Below are positions 18,534 through 29,532 of a DNA stretch of 64,000 nucleotides, piece by piece; position 1 is the stretch's first letter; the number at the start of each line of letters is the position of its first letter. This stretch comes from a virus. The notes under the pieces were generated by a model, which searched no databases, was not told the origin of the DNA, and saw nothing but the letters and a program-made list of their open reading frames with translations. Position numbers and translations under genes: made by a program. Location of the stretch: the IMG/VR virus record IMGVR_UViG_3300009124_000007, positions 12,967 through 76,966 of that record; one strand, written 5' to 3'.

Positions 18534-21010
18534 GTTTCTATACTAACGTCGAACTGATCGGTGACAACGTGTTGTATCGTGGGTATGAGAATGGGCAGCG
18601 AGTCCAGTCTCGTACCCATTTTTCTCCCACGCTGTTTATTACTTCAAACAAGAAGGAGAAGCACAAGACTCTAACTGGAAAGGACGTAAAACCAATCCAG
18701 TTTGAATCGCCTCGTGAAGCACGAGAGTTCATCGGTAAGTATGAAGATGTGCATGGCGTAGAAGTTCATGGATATGAGAGGTTCGTTTATCAATTCATCT
18801 CAGACCAGTTCCCTGGCGAGATTGAATATGATATGACCCAGATGAATATCATTACGATTGACATTGAGGTTGCATGTGAGAATGGATTCCCTGATGTAGA
18901 AAGTGCAGCAGAAGAAATGCTGCTGATCACAGTCAAGAATATGATGACAAAAGAAGTCATCACTTGGGGCACTAGGGAATACAATACGGATCAAATTGAA
19001 TATCGTGTCTTCTGGACTGAGCAGGAGATGCTAAACGATTTTGTTGGGTGGTGGGTAGATAACACCCCCGATGTTGTAACAGGATGGAACTGTAACCTGT
19101 ATGACATTCCATACCTGTGTCGTCGTATCAATCGTGTCCTAGGTGAGAAGTGGATGAAGTCCCTGTCACCATGGAACAAAGTGAACGAGCGAGAGATTGT
19201 AATCATGGGCAGGACTCAACTTGCCTATGAAGTTGTTGGTGTGTCTGTTCTGGACTATCTGGATCTGTATAAGAAGTTTACTTATACCAACCAAGAGTCA
19301 TACAAACTAGACCATATTGCCAATGTAGAACTGGGGCAGAAGAAACTCGATCACTCCGAGTTCGATACTTTCAAAGATTTCTATACACAAGATTGGCAGA
19401 AGTTCGTCGTCTACAACATTCTTGACGTGGAACTGGTGGACAGACTTGAAGATAAAATGAAGTTGCTTGAACTTGCATTGACTATGGCATATGATGCCAA
19501 AGTGAACTTTGAGGATGTTTATAGTCAGGTCCGCATGTGGGACACTCTAATCTATAATTATCTAAAGGATCGCAACCTCGTGGTTCCACCACGAAGAGGT
19601 GCCAAGAAAGATGAAAAGTATGCAGGTGCTTATGTCAAAGAACCGATTCCTGGAAAGTATGATTGGGTTGTGTCTTTTGACCTCAACTCTCTGTACCCTC
19701 ATCTTATTATGCAGTACAACATCTCGCCAGAGACACTGGTCGAGAAACGACATCCCTATGCCACAGTTGACAAAATACTTTCTAAGCAAATAGAAGTTGA
19801 TAGAGAGTATTGTGTATGTGCTAATGGTGCTCAGTACCGCAAAGATGTGCATGGGTTCCTACCCGAAATGATGCAAAAAATTTATGATGAACGAAAGATT
19901 TACAAGCGTAAGATGTTGGATGCAAAACAAGAATACGAAGCATCTCCGTCCGATTCACTTCAAAAGACCATTTCTAGATACAACAACTTCCAAATGGCAA
20001 GAAAGATCCAACTCAACTCTGCCTATGGTGCCATTGGAAACCAATACTTCCGCTACTACAATCTGGCAAATGCTGAGGCGATCACTCTCTCGGGTCAAGT
20101 CTCGATTCGTTGGATTGAGGGGAAGGTAAACGACTACCTAAACAAACTACTAAAAACGGAGGACCACGATTATGTTATTGCCAGTGATACTGACAGCATC
20201 TATATCTGTCTTGATCTACTTGTCCGTAGCGTATTTGATGTACAGAATGTTCCTGCAGAGAGGATCGTCAACTTTCTCGATGCTGCCTGTAAGGAGCGAA
20301 TCGAACCATTCATCGAACGATCCTACCAGGAACTAGCAGACTATGTTGGTGCTTATGAACAGAAGATGTTCATGAAGCGCGAGAACATTGCTAACAAAGG
20401 TATCTGGACTGCTAAGAAGCGATACATCCTCAACGTCTGGGACAGTGAGGGTGTTCGCTATGAGAAACCTAAACTGAAGATGATGGGTATTGAAGCAGTC
20501 AAGTCTTCAACCCCTGGTCCCTGCAGGCAAAAGATCAAAGACGCACTGCAGGTTATTATGAATGGTACTGAAGAAGAGGTGCAGAAATTTATTGCTGACT
20601 TCCGAGAAGAGTTTCGATCGTTGCCAGTCGAAGATATTTCATTCCCACGAGGTTGTAACAATCTAAATAAGTGGTCGAGTCCAGCGACCATCTACTCGAA
20701 GGGAACACCTATCCATGTACGTGGCGCTTTGCTCTACAACTTCCACATCAAAAATAATAAACTCACTCACAAGTATCAACTTATTCAGGATGGTGATAAA
20801 GTCAAGTTTGTTTATTTGAAGACCCCAAACAAAATCGGTGAGAACGTTATTAGTTTCATCGGTACGTTTCCTATGGAATTGCAACTTGACAATCAGGTAG
20901 ACTATGACCTACAATTCGACAAGAGTTTTCTTGAACCATTGAAAGTCATCATGGACACTATTGGGTGGAAGTCCGAAAAAGTAGCATCACTGGAGTTTCT
21001 ATTTGGATGA
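18530..21010 (+). CDS. gp43: family B DNA polymerase
   Basis: DIEV exonuclease motif, SFDLNSLYPH, KIQLNSAYG, SDTDS; no intein or intron seen. Confidence 0.98.
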   Translation: MSFYTNVELIGDNVLYRGYENGQRVQSRTHFSPTLFITSNKKEKHKTLTGKDVKPIQFESPREAREFIGKYEDVHGVEVHGYERFVYQFISDQFPGEIEYDMTQMNIITIDIEVACENGFPDVESAAEEMLLITVKNMMTKEVITWGTREYNTDQIEYRVFWTEQEMLNDFVGWWVDNTPDVVTGWNCNLYDIPYLCRRINRVLGEKWMKSLSPWNKVNEREIVIMGRTQLAYEVVGVSVLDYLDLYKKFTYTNQESYKLDHIANVELGQKKLDHSEFDTFKDFYTQDWQKFVVYNILDVELVDRLEDKMKLLELALTMAYDAKVNFEDVYSQVRMWDTLIYNYLKDRNLVVPPRRGAKKDEKYAGAYVKEPIPGKYDWVVSFDLNSLYPHLIMQYNISPETLVEKRHPYATVDKILSKQIEVDREYCVCANGAQYRKDVHGFLPEMMQKIYDERKIYKRKMLDAKQEYEASPSDSLQKTISRYNNFQMARKIQLNSAYGAIGNQYFRYYNLANAEAITLSGQVSIRWIEGKVNDYLNKLLKTEDHDYVIASDTDSIYICLDLLVRSVFDVQNVPAERIVNFLDAACKERIEPFIERSYQELADYVGAYEQKMFMKRENIANKGIWTAKKRYILNVWDSEGVRYEKPKLKMMGIEAVKSSTPGPCRQKIKDALQVIMNGTEEEVQKFIADFREEFRSLPVEDISFPRGCNNLNKWSSPATIYSKGTPIHVRGALLYNFHIKNNKLTHKYQLIQDGDKVKFVYLKTPNKIGENVISFIGTFPMELQLDNQVDYDLQFDKSFLEPLKVIMDTIGWKSEKVASLEFLFG

Positions 21011-21159
21011 GTAAAAAGTACATCGTATCCTATCAAAAAGCATTTGGTTTCTCTGTCCGTGAGGAGAAAGAGTTTACGAATGAAGAAGACGCAAAATGGT
21101 TTTCCCGTGCCATGAAACGGGCACAATATATCACAACAATTTTGGAGGACAAAGCGTGA
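21007..21159 (+). CDS. small hypothetical protein
   Basis: [14 protein letters not shown]; ATGA/GTGA coupling on both sides. Confidence 0.6.
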   Translation: MSKKYIVSYQKAFGFSVREEKEFTNEEDAKWFSRAMKRAQYITTILEDKA

Positions 21160-22172
21160 ATTTTCTACAGGATGTAGTAAAGGAGATTGGTAATGAGTAT
21201 GCTGGTTTGGTTGCTGACGGAGTGGCAGCAGGAGATACTGAGTCTTACATTGATACTGGTAGTTACATTTTCAATGCTCTGGTTAGTGGTTCAATCTACG
21301 GTGGAGTCCCCTCAAACAAGATCACTGCTATCGCTGGTGAGTCTAGTACTGGCAAGACTTTCTTTTGTCTTGGGATTGTCCAGCATTTTCTTGAATCTAA
21401 CCCCGATGCTGGGGTAATCTACTTTGAATCTGAGTCTGCTATTACTAAAAGTATGATCGTTGAACGTGGCATTGATGCCAATCGTATGATGATCGTTCCT
21501 GTTACTACTGTGCAGGAGTTTCGTACTCAAGCACTGAAAATTCTCGATAAGTATCTTGAGGTAAAGAAAGAAGATCGTCAACCTATGATGTTTGTTCTGG
21601 ATTCTCTAGGCATGTTGTCCACAACAAAGGAGATTGAAGACTCCTCTGAGGGCAAAGAAACGAGAGATATGACTCGCGCACAAGTCACTAAGGCAATCTT
21701 CCGTGTACTGACCCTGAAACTAGGTAAGGCAAATGTTCCTATGCTGGTGACTAACCATACATATGACGTGGTTGGTGCCTATGTACCCACTAAGGAGATG
21801 GGTGGAGGTAGCGGTCTCAAGTATGCTGCCAGCACTATCATCTATCTCTCCAAGTCAAAGGAGAAAGATGGTAAGGAAGTGATCGGCAACATTATCAAGT
21901 GTAAAGCACATAAGTCTCGTTTGACAAAGGAGAACTCTCAGGTTGAAACCCGTCTTTACTACGATCGTGGACTGGACAAGTATTACGGACTACTGGAACT
22001 GGGTGAGAAGTACGGAGTCTTCGAGCGGGTGGGGAATCGTATCAAGATTGATGGTACTTCTGTTTATCCTAAGAGTATTCTCAGCGATCCTGAGAAGTAT
22101 TTCACGCCAGAAATAATGCAGGCACTTGACGAATCAGCAGCAAAGGAGTTTAGATATGGAAACGACGCTTGA
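21156..22172 (+). CDS. uvsX: RecA-like recombinase
   Basis: [23 protein letters not shown]; GTG start after GGAGG. Confidence 0.96.
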   Translation: MNFLQDVVKEIGNEYAGLVADGVAAGDTESYIDTGSYIFNALVSGSIYGGVPSNKITAIAGESSTGKTFFCLGIVQHFLESNPDAGVIYFESESAITKSMIVERGIDANRMMIVPVTTVQEFRTQALKILDKYLEVKKEDRQPMMFVLDSLGMLSTTKEIEDSSEGKETRDMTRAQVTKAIFRVLTLKLGKANVPMLVTNHTYDVVGAYVPTKEMGGGSGLKYAASTIIYLSKSKEKDGKEVIGNIIKCKAHKSRLTKENSQVETRLYYDRGLDKYYGLLELGEKYGVFERVGNRIKIDGTSVYPKSILSDPEKYFTPEIMQALDESAAKEFRYGNDA

Positions 22173-22716
22173 TAACTATATCAGAGAGTACGATAACATC
22201 GTTCCACCTACTTTCTGCAATCATGTAATCAATACATTTGAACTATCTGAGAAAGTAGAGGTCGATAGAGAATTTCGTCCTAAGTGGGAGGAGTTCAATA
22301 TCTCTCAACACTACGATGATCCCCAATATGGATTGATTCAAAATGAAGTACAAAAGTATTTCATTGATGCCATCAAACTGTATATGGAAGACCTGCAATG
22401 TGGTGTGGACTTCCCTGCAAAGTATTGCTTTGAGGAATATCGTATCAAAAAGTATAGAGCACATAGTGAAGATCAGTTCAGAGACCACGTTGATGTACAA
22501 GATCTTCGTTCTGCTAGACGATTCATGGTCGTCATGCTATACTTGAACAGTGTTGATGAAGGTGGTGAAACACATTTCCCTCTAATCAATCGGACAGTGA
22601 AACCTCAAACAGGAAAACTTCTTCTGTTCCCATCAAACTGGCAGTATCGACATGCTGGTAGACCAGTTCAATCTAACAACAAGTACATTCTCGGATCCTA
22701 TCTCCACTACCTATGA
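22156..22716 (+). CDS. 2OG-Fe(II) oxygenase (prolyl-hydroxylase-like)
   Basis: HVD...[11 protein letters not shown]...[11 protein letters not shown]...KY. Confidence 0.87.
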   Translation: METTLDNYIREYDNIVPPTFCNHVINTFELSEKVEVDREFRPKWEEFNISQHYDDPQYGLIQNEVQKYFIDAIKLYMEDLQCGVDFPAKYCFEEYRIKKYRAHSEDQFRDHVDVQDLRSARRFMVVMLYLNSVDEGGETHFPLINRTVKPQTGKLLLFPSNWQYRHAGRPVQSNNKYILGSYLHYL

Positions 22717-24095
22717 ACATCGAAGAATTGATTATAAATAACCTTTTGTTTCAAGAGGAGTATAGTCGTAAGGTTCTTCCGTTCATAAAGAGAGAGTATT
22801 TTTCTACGAACTCTTTGGGTATTCTCTTTGAAGAAGTCCAGAGTTACATTGAGAAGTACAATAAAGTAATCAGTCCTGAGATCTTATCCATTGAGGTTGA
22901 GAACAGATCTGATTTGAATGAAGACCAATACAAAGAAGCGTCTTCTGTTATTGGATCTCTTTCTGGCGACAAGAGTGAGTTGCAATGGATTCTCGATTCT
23001 ACTGAAAGGTGGTGTCAAGAACGTGCAATCTATCTTGCCCTGATGGAATCAATCAAGATTGCAGACGGACAAGATGCTAAGCGTGAGAAGGGAGCAATCC
23101 CCCAGATCCTCTCTGAAGCATTGGGTGTATCATTTGACACTCACATTGGTCACGATTACATTTCAGATTCAGATGAAAGATTTGCCTCTTATCATAAAGT
23201 TGAAAAGAAAATCCCCTTCGATCTGGATTTCTTCAATAAAATTACGAAGGGCGGTCTCCCTAACAAAACTCTCAATATCGCACTCGCTGGCACTGGCGTT
23301 GGCAAATCTCTGTTTATGTGCCACTGTGCTGCCGCTACCCTCCTCCAGGGCAAGAACGTCCTTTATATCACACTGGAAATGGCAGAGGAGAAGATCGCAG
23401 AGCGTATTGACGCGAATCTTCTCAACGTCAAAATCCAAGAGTTAGGTAATCTTCCCAAACCTATGTTTGATAAGAAGATCAATAGTCTTGGGAAGAAGAC
23501 ACAGGGCAAACTAATCATCAAAGAGTATCCTACTGCGAGTGCTCATGTCGGACATTTTTCTTCTTTGTTTAGTGATCTTGCTCTCAAGAGGGACTTTAGA
23601 CCCGATATTATCTTCGTGGATTACCTCAATATTTGTGCTTCATCAAGATATAAGGGAAGTCTCGTCAACTCGTATACCTATGTCAAAGCAATTGCTGAAG
23701 AACTACGGGGTATGGCGGTGGAGCATGATGTACCTGTGGTGTCTGCTACGCAGACCACTCGTGCTGGTTATGGTAGCAGTGACGTTGATATTACTGATAC
23801 TAGTGAATCCTTTGGTCTTCCTGCCACTGCTGATCTTATGTTCGCCCTTATTTCTACTGAAGAACTTGAGGGTATGAATCAGATCATGGTCAAGCAGTTG
23901 AAGAACCGCTACAACGATATCTCCATAAACAAACGATTCTGCGTGGGTATTGACAGGGCAAAGATGAGGTTGTATGATGTAGAGCAATCAGCTCAGGATG
24001 ATATTCAAGATTCGGGACAGACTGAATCTTCACGACCATCTATTCTAGACAAATTCAAAACAAACAAAACATTCCAAGATCTAAAGTATGATTGA
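22713..24095 (+). CDS. gp41: replicative DNA helicase
   Basis: AGTGVGKS, VDYLNIC, SATQTTR, SESFGLPATAD. Confidence 0.97.
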   Translation: MNIEELIINNLLFQEEYSRKVLPFIKREYFSTNSLGILFEEVQSYIEKYNKVISPEILSIEVENRSDLNEDQYKEASSVIGSLSGDKSELQWILDSTERWCQERAIYLALMESIKIADGQDAKREKGAIPQILSEALGVSFDTHIGHDYISDSDERFASYHKVEKKIPFDLDFFNKITKGGLPNKTLNIALAGTGVGKSLFMCHCAAATLLQGKNVLYITLEMAEEKIAERIDANLLNVKIQELGNLPKPMFDKKINSLGKKTQGKLIIKEYPTASAHVGHFSSLFSDLALKRDFRPDIIFVDYLNICASSRYKGSLVNSYTYVKAIAEELRGMAVEHDVPVVSATQTTRAGYGSSDVDITDTSESFGLPATADLMFALISTEELEGMNQIMVKQLKNRYNDISINKRFCVGIDRAKMRLYDVEQSAQDDIQDSGQTESSRPSILDKFKTNKTFQDLKYD

Positions 24096-24489
24096 CCTTC
24101 AAAAATATGTCGAATTCGTTGACTCTACTACTTCTTCGCCCAGTAAAAACTACTATGATTTTGCCCAGCGCATTGCCGTTCTGCAGGATCAGGAATTTCC
24201 TACCGAGCGACTGCTTACTGCTGCTGTAGGTATGTCTGCTGAGGCAGGTGAGTTTACTGAGATTATCAAGAAGATTATCTTTCAGGGCAAACCCGTCAAT
24301 GAAGAGAATCTATTCCACCTAAAGCGTGAACTGGGTGACATCATGTGGTATGTTGCTCAAGCATGTATGGGTCTTGATATTTCTCTTGATGAAGTGATTC
24401 AAATGAATTTTGAAAAACTGACTGCCCGCTATCCAGAGGGTGCTTTTACTATCGAACATTCCGAAAACCGTAAGGAGGGTGACCTGTGA
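24088..24489 (+). CDS. mazG: MazG-like nucleoside triphosphate pyrophosphohydrolase
   Basis: EAGEFTEIIKK...ELGDIMWY. Confidence 0.92.
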   Translation: MIDLQKYVEFVDSTTSSPSKNYYDFAQRIAVLQDQEFPTERLLTAAVGMSAEAGEFTEIIKKIIFQGKPVNEENLFHLKRELGDIMWYVAQACMGLDISLDEVIQMNFEKLTARYPEGAFTIEHSENRKEGDL

Positions 24490-24632
24490 CCAATCGCGAA
24501 TTTATTGACAAGAACGGTAACACTTGGACTTGGGAGGAAACTCCTGAGACTATTGAAGCACTGAAGAAACTACATTCATCTGTAGTGGATACTGAACTAA
24601 AACGACCAAACAAACCAAGTAATAATGCTTAG
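24486..24632 (+). CDS. small hypothetical protein (48 aa, not in the ORF track)
   Basis: GTG-started VTNREFIDKNGNTWTWEETPETIEALKKLH..., coupled to the mazG stop, with a GGAGG SD. Confidence 0.55.
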   Translation: MTNREFIDKNGNTWTWEETPETIEALKKLHSSVVDTELKRPNKPSNNA

Positions 24633-24822
24633 TTTCTGGATTCACTTGGTAGCATTCTTCCAAGTTGTCGTGATGAATTGCATTCAACCTGCCAACTGGA
24701 AGTATTGCTACCGTGTTGACCAGTGGTTGATCCCAGATCTTGTAGAAGGTTATGAGATCTGGACTCAGAAAAAACATCCTTATCAAAACGAAAAGGAATA
24801 CCTAAATCGCATTGATAAATAA
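24625..24822 (+). CDS. small hypothetical protein
   Basis: 65-aa ORF with CIQPANWKYC and HPYQNEK. Confidence 0.6.
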   Translation: MLSFWIHLVAFFQVVVMNCIQPANWKYCYRVDQWLIPDLVEGYEIWTQKKHPYQNEKEYLNRIDK

Positions 24823-24845
24823 GGGGGTAGAGTCCCCTCTTTTTT

Positions 24846-26267
24846 ATGGCTTCCACAATGTATAATATGCCTCTTGCTGAGGCTAAAAAGAAAGCAAAGA
24901 CCATGAAGATTGATACACTCTTCAATAAAGCCGTGGCGGGAATACCAGAACCAGAATACTTCTTTGCGGATTCTCTGTGGAGACCCAATACAAGATCTAT
25001 GTGGACGATCAAAACTGGTGAAAACAATATTGATAAAATTGAAGAAATTCTTAGTAAAGAAGATCCGAATGTAGATATCAAAGTCAAAGCAGGAAAAGCG
25101 ACTTTGGATTATCAAATGGGTCAGTATAAAATTAGATGGATTGCAAGTAATAAGAAATCTGCAGGAGCAGCAGATGCTAAGACAACTGCTATGCAAGAGA
25201 GAGCATCTGCATGGATTTTTCGTAGAGTCTTGAATGATAACCAATCTTATAATTCTTGGACAGACATCAAACAAGATGCTAAGTATGGTGAACTTGAAAA
25301 GATATATCCAAATGTAGAAGAAGAGTGGTTGAAAGTATTCTATGCACAGCAAGCAAGAATGCTCAAAGAATTCGCACCAACGAAATTTTCTGAGTTCAAT
25401 CGTGATGGTGGATTCATGGATTATATTACTAAAGTTGTTAGGGAAAAATTTGGTATCAGTAAGAAAGATACTTGGAACCCAGCAGACATTTGGTGCATTC
25501 AGGATGAGGCTGGTGTGACCAGATTGATTGAACAAACTGTAGATGGTAATGGATCTCAAACTATTCTTGAATTGAACGCAGTTCTTAGGAAGTTGTATCG
25601 TGATCGTAAGGTAGTTGGAATCTCTCTAAAGAAAGTATCGGGCAAAGTTGCTAAGTTTGAAGAAGTCAATGTTAGAGAAGATGCATTGAATGATGATTAT
25701 AACTTTGATATCAAGAGTTATGAATGCAAAGTCAATTTGAAAAATGGTGATGAGTGGGATTCGCTTGCATGTAGAATCATTGTTGGATCTAATGATGCTG
25801 AATATAACTTTCAGATTCAGGGGAATGATACCACTAAGGAATCAAATCTAAAATTTGAACCAACACAAAAGGGAGCACAAGCAGCTCGTATGGGTAAGGC
25901 ACCAGTTGACATGGTTGCTAAACTAATTGAAGATAATAAAATGGATTTTGAAAATAATCATAATAAGTACCCAGCTAATGCAACTGAGTTCAATAAAAAG
26001 GCAGATGAATATAAGAAACTATTCAGCAAACTAAAAACAAAGGGAGTTGATGTTGGAGGAGTTACAAAGCAGACTGACTTTCTTGTAAATATTCAAACTG
26101 TATTTGCAAACAAACCACATACAGCAAAGGCAAAACTCATGGAGATGAAATTTATTGAAGCAGTTATTGATCTGGATGATAAGAAACGAGAAGAGTTCAT
26201 GACTGATATGGTCTTCATCGCTGCCAAGAAAGGCAAACGCTTTGGACCATTTGGCAAACTGTACTAA
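24846..26267 (+). CDS. large hypothetical protein, possible PD-(D/E)xK nuclease
   Basis: TAMQE...WNPADIW...GISLKK arrangement; late-promoter-like ATAAATA just upstream. Confidence 0.6.
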   Translation: MASTMYNMPLAEAKKKAKTMKIDTLFNKAVAGIPEPEYFFADSLWRPNTRSMWTIKTGENNIDKIEEILSKEDPNVDIKVKAGKATLDYQMGQYKIRWIASNKKSAGAADAKTTAMQERASAWIFRRVLNDNQSYNSWTDIKQDAKYGELEKIYPNVEEEWLKVFYAQQARMLKEFAPTKFSEFNRDGGFMDYITKVVREKFGISKKDTWNPADIWCIQDEAGVTRLIEQTVDGNGSQTILELNAVLRKLYRDRKVVGISLKKVSGKVAKFEEVNVREDALNDDYNFDIKSYECKVNLKNGDEWDSLACRIIVGSNDAEYNFQIQGNDTTKESNLKFEPTQKGAQAARMGKAPVDMVAKLIEDNKMDFENNHNKYPANATEFNKKADEYKKLFSKLKTKGVDVGGVTKQTDFLVNIQTVFANKPHTAKAKLMEMKFIEAVIDLDDKKREEFMTDMVFIAAKKGKRFGPFGKLY

Positions 26268-26358
26268 AAGCAGGGACTATATAAAAACTGTCACAAGACC
26301 CCCGCCACGGGGGTTTTTTCATGCTAGTATATAAGGGTCAAAGAAAAACGCCCTTTCT

Positions 26359-27333
26359 ATGCCTGCTAATACTCATCTGGAACACCCCGAAGACATGGTT
26401 TTCCACGGGGAGTATATAAGTCTGCTCAACTTTTTCTACAATCTGCCGTCCAATCAGCGTGTATCAGTCAAGTGGGACGGTGCCCCTGCTTTGGTATGGG
26501 GTATATGCCCTTCCTCGGGTCGCTTCTTTGTAGGAACTAAGTCGGTTTTCAATAAGCGCAAGATCAAGATCAACTATAATCACCATGATATTGATATGAA
26601 TCATGGTGACAATCCTGCTGTAGCATCTATTCTTCACGTTGCATTTGAGTGTCTTCCTGTTCCTGGCAACGGAGGTTATCTGCAGGGAGACTTCATTGGT
26701 TTTGGCGATACCAATACTTTCAAACCCAATACCATTGAGTATCGGTTTGACAATACTATCAAGCAATCTATAGTTGTTGCTCTCCATACTCGTTATGAGG
26801 GTGCTTTTATCGAACCTCGCGTTCAGTTTGGTATTAGTACCAACGATGTTATTTGGTCAGATCGTCGTCAAGATCGCTGCTATCTGATTGACACTGCCCA
26901 TGCATCTGTGGAATACAAGTCTGTCTTCGGTAAGATGTATCGCACTCAACTTGCAAAGTTTTTTGCTCACCGTGCTAAGTTTCCTGCTGCTCGTGCAACC
27001 ACTCAGTACCTGAAAACTCACGTCAATAAATACATCCGCCATGGCATCATGCCCACTGCTACTGAGATGTACGATTCGTTACCTGATAAATATAAGAGTC
27101 AAGTGAACGTTGATTTGTTTCGCCTCTTTGAGGTTATCTATAATCTGAAAAACAAAGTGATGAAACATATCGTTGTTTATAACCAAGCAGAATGTTACAT
27201 TGATGGTCAACCCACTGATCATGAAGGTTTCGTGATTACCAGTTCTGGTCAAACCTATAAAATGGTGAACAGGTTGGAATTTAGCAAAGCGAACTTTACC
27301 CTAGATAAAAATTGGACGAATGAAAAAGTTTAG
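26359..27333 (+). CDS. ATP-dependent ligase-fold nucleotidyltransferase-like protein
   Basis: NTHLEH N-terminus; KWDG (motif I), QGD, HEGFV (IV), YKMV (V). Confidence 0.65.
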   Translation: MPANTHLEHPEDMVFHGEYISLLNFFYNLPSNQRVSVKWDGAPALVWGICPSSGRFFVGTKSVFNKRKIKINYNHHDIDMNHGDNPAVASILHVAFECLPVPGNGGYLQGDFIGFGDTNTFKPNTIEYRFDNTIKQSIVVALHTRYEGAFIEPRVQFGISTNDVIWSDRRQDRCYLIDTAHASVEYKSVFGKMYRTQLAKFFAHRAKFPAARATTQYLKTHVNKYIRHGIMPTATEMYDSLPDKYKSQVNVDLFRLFEVIYNLKNKVMKHIVVYNQAECYIDGQPTDHEGFVITSSGQTYKMVNRLEFSKANFTLDKNWTNEKV

Positions 27334-28492
27334 CACCTTCCTTAGCGAGGCGGCAAAATCCACAGCAGGACAGCAAGCAGAGAAACTAGGACTTACCCAT
27401 GCTGGGTATGGTCGCTGGATGAACAAACGTGGCGAGGTGACACACATCTCAAAGCAGGGCAAACTGATTCCTATAGCACAACAACCCGAAGTAGCACCAG
27501 ATGGAGGAGAGGCACCAGCACCCGAAGCGCAACAACCCGCTGCGCCAGAAGCACCTGGAGAGGTATCTAAAGGTCCGATTACTATTACTTTTGGAAGATT
27601 CAATCCTCCTACTACAGGGCATGAAAAACTCATTCAGCAGGTAGCATCACAAGCAGGTGATGGTGACTATCGAATCTACCCATCACGCTCCCAGGATCCT
27701 AAGAAGAATCCTCTGGATCCAGAAACTAAGGTGCATTACATGCGCTTGGCATATCCAGATCATGCTCATGCTATCCACAATGATGATAATATGAAGAGCA
27801 TCTTTGATGTTCTTGAGGGACTATATGGTGAGGGGTATAGTGATGTCAATATTGTAGTTGGTGGCGATCGAGTAAAAGAGTTTGATGCTCTCGCTAACAA
27901 GTACAACGGCAAACTTTATAACTTTACCAGCATCAATGTGAAGTCTGCTGGTGATCGTGACCCAGATGCTGATGATGTATCTGGCATGTCTGCATCTAAA
28001 CTTCGTGCTCATGCAGCAGAGAATGACTACGAATCTTTTTCTTCTGGTTTGTCTAAGAACCTAGAGGATAAGCACAAGAAAGAACTGTTTGCACATTTGC
28101 GTGGTAATATGAAGATGGAGGAGGCAGAAGATTTTGCTGAAGCATCTTTTGTTCTTCATGAAGTTGCTCCCAAACTAGATCCTACAAGTTTACGTGAAGC
28201 ATATTACAACAAAGAAATTTTCAAAGTCGGACAGATTGTTGAGAATTTGAACACTGGTGTGATCGGTAAGGTTGTATCACGCGGTGTAAATTACGTTATA
28301 TACATAGATGAGCATGAGGAAATTTATCGCGGTTGGTTGAAGGATCTCGTGGAGAGAAACGACATCAAACGCTTTGATTTTACTCCGCTTGGTAAGATTG
28401 GTACAGATGAACTAGCACATAAAGTTGCTGCTATGACACCTGGACAATTTATTCAGAAGATAAATAAAAGAAACAAAACTGCTGAACGATGA
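27320..28492 (+). CDS. cytidylyltransferase-family (HxGH) nucleotidyltransferase with N-terminal capsid-targeting-like peptide
   Basis: TFGRFNPPTTGHEKL, VVGGDR, MSASKLR; N-terminus MKKFSTFLSE. Confidence 0.85.
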   Translation: MKKFSTFLSEAAKSTAGQQAEKLGLTHAGYGRWMNKRGEVTHISKQGKLIPIAQQPEVAPDGGEAPAPEAQQPAAPEAPGEVSKGPITITFGRFNPPTTGHEKLIQQVASQAGDGDYRIYPSRSQDPKKNPLDPETKVHYMRLAYPDHAHAIHNDDNMKSIFDVLEGLYGEGYSDVNIVVGGDRVKEFDALANKYNGKLYNFTSINVKSAGDRDPDADDVSGMSASKLRAHAAENDYESFSSGLSKNLEDKHKKELFAHLRGNMKMEEAEDFAEASFVLHEVAPKLDPTSLREAYYNKEIFKVGQIVENLNTGVIGKVVSRGVNYVIYIDEHEEIYRGWLKDLVERNDIKRFDFTPLGKIGTDELAHKVAAMTPGQFIQKINKRNKTAER

Positions 28493-29532
28493 ACTACGAA
28501 GCACTGCCTGGAATGGAAGAAGCACTAAGACTAGTGCAAGAAAAGAAGATGAGCAAAGAAGCTCATAAGAAAGCTGCTAAGGCGGGCAAGCGTTGGCAGG
28601 ACTCCGATGGTGACGGTAAGTGGTATGAACCTGGTGAGGATGTAAAAGAAGCAAAGAAGGATGACACATATCTGGAAACGGATATGAAGAAGCGCCAAGC
28701 AAATAACGAGAAGGCTCGTAAGGAACTTGCAAAGGGTCCTCAAATGAAGAACCCACACTTTGAAGAAGTCCAACTAGAAGGTGTCCGTGACACTGACCCA
28801 GAGAAGGGCACTGAAGAGAGAAAGGCACGTCTTGAGAAGAAGCGTGGCATGAAACTCGATGACCATCCTCAGTATAAGAAGGAAGAGGTTGAACTAGACG
28901 AGAACCGTGCTGCTGCTCGTGCTGCTGGTGGTTATAAGGATGACAGCAAGAAGCAGACCGATCCTTCTAAGGCAGGTTTCACTGGCATCTCTGGTAGCAT
29001 CAAAGACATCATGCGCCAGAACAAAGAGATCGAAGCAGCAAATAAAGCAAAGGCGAAGAAGGAAGAAGTAGAACTTGAGGAAGGTAAGAACAAAGAAGGA
29101 AAAGAGCAGGGTGTTGACGGTAAAGCATGTTGGAAAGGTTACCGCTATGCTGGCACCGAGAATGGTAAGGACAAGTGCGTTCCTGCTAACGAGGAACTAG
29201 AGACCATGGAAGCAAGTCTGCTTGAGTCTGGTCTGTTCTCTGATGATGAAGTACGTTACATCATCGGTGAGAAGTTCGACGAACTTGAGGAACTCTACAA
29301 AGGTAAGCACGGTCAGTCTGAGAAAGAGTATCAGGATGGTCGCTCTGATGGCGGCAAGATGGTTTCGGGTGACAGCAAGCACAGTGGTGCTGCATACTCC
29401 TCCCGTGCTGTCAAGAATAGTGGTCCTAATCCTGCAGGTGGATCTAAGAAACCTCAGGGTCAGGGTCGTATGACTTCTGGTGCTCGTGCTGATCTACAGT
29501 ATCGTAAGGCAAATATGAAGGCAGGTAAGTGA
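28489..29532 (+). CDS. modular Lys-rich protein with repeated EEVxLxE linkers (putative internal head polyprotein)
   Basis: EEVQLE, EEVELDE, EEVELEE separate short basic modules; ATAAATA upstream. Confidence 0.7.
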   Translation: MNYEALPGMEEALRLVQEKKMSKEAHKKAAKAGKRWQDSDGDGKWYEPGEDVKEAKKDDTYLETDMKKRQANNEKARKELAKGPQMKNPHFEEVQLEGVRDTDPEKGTEERKARLEKKRGMKLDDHPQYKKEEVELDENRAAARAAGGYKDDSKKQTDPSKAGFTGISGSIKDIMRQNKEIEAANKAKAKKEEVELEEGKNKEGKEQGVDGKACWKGYRYAGTENGKDKCVPANEELETMEASLLESGLFSDDEVRYIIGEKFDELEELYKGKHGQSEKEYQDGRSDGGKMVSGDSKHSGAAYSSRAVKNSGPNPAGGSKKPQGQGRMTSGARADLQYRKANMKAGK

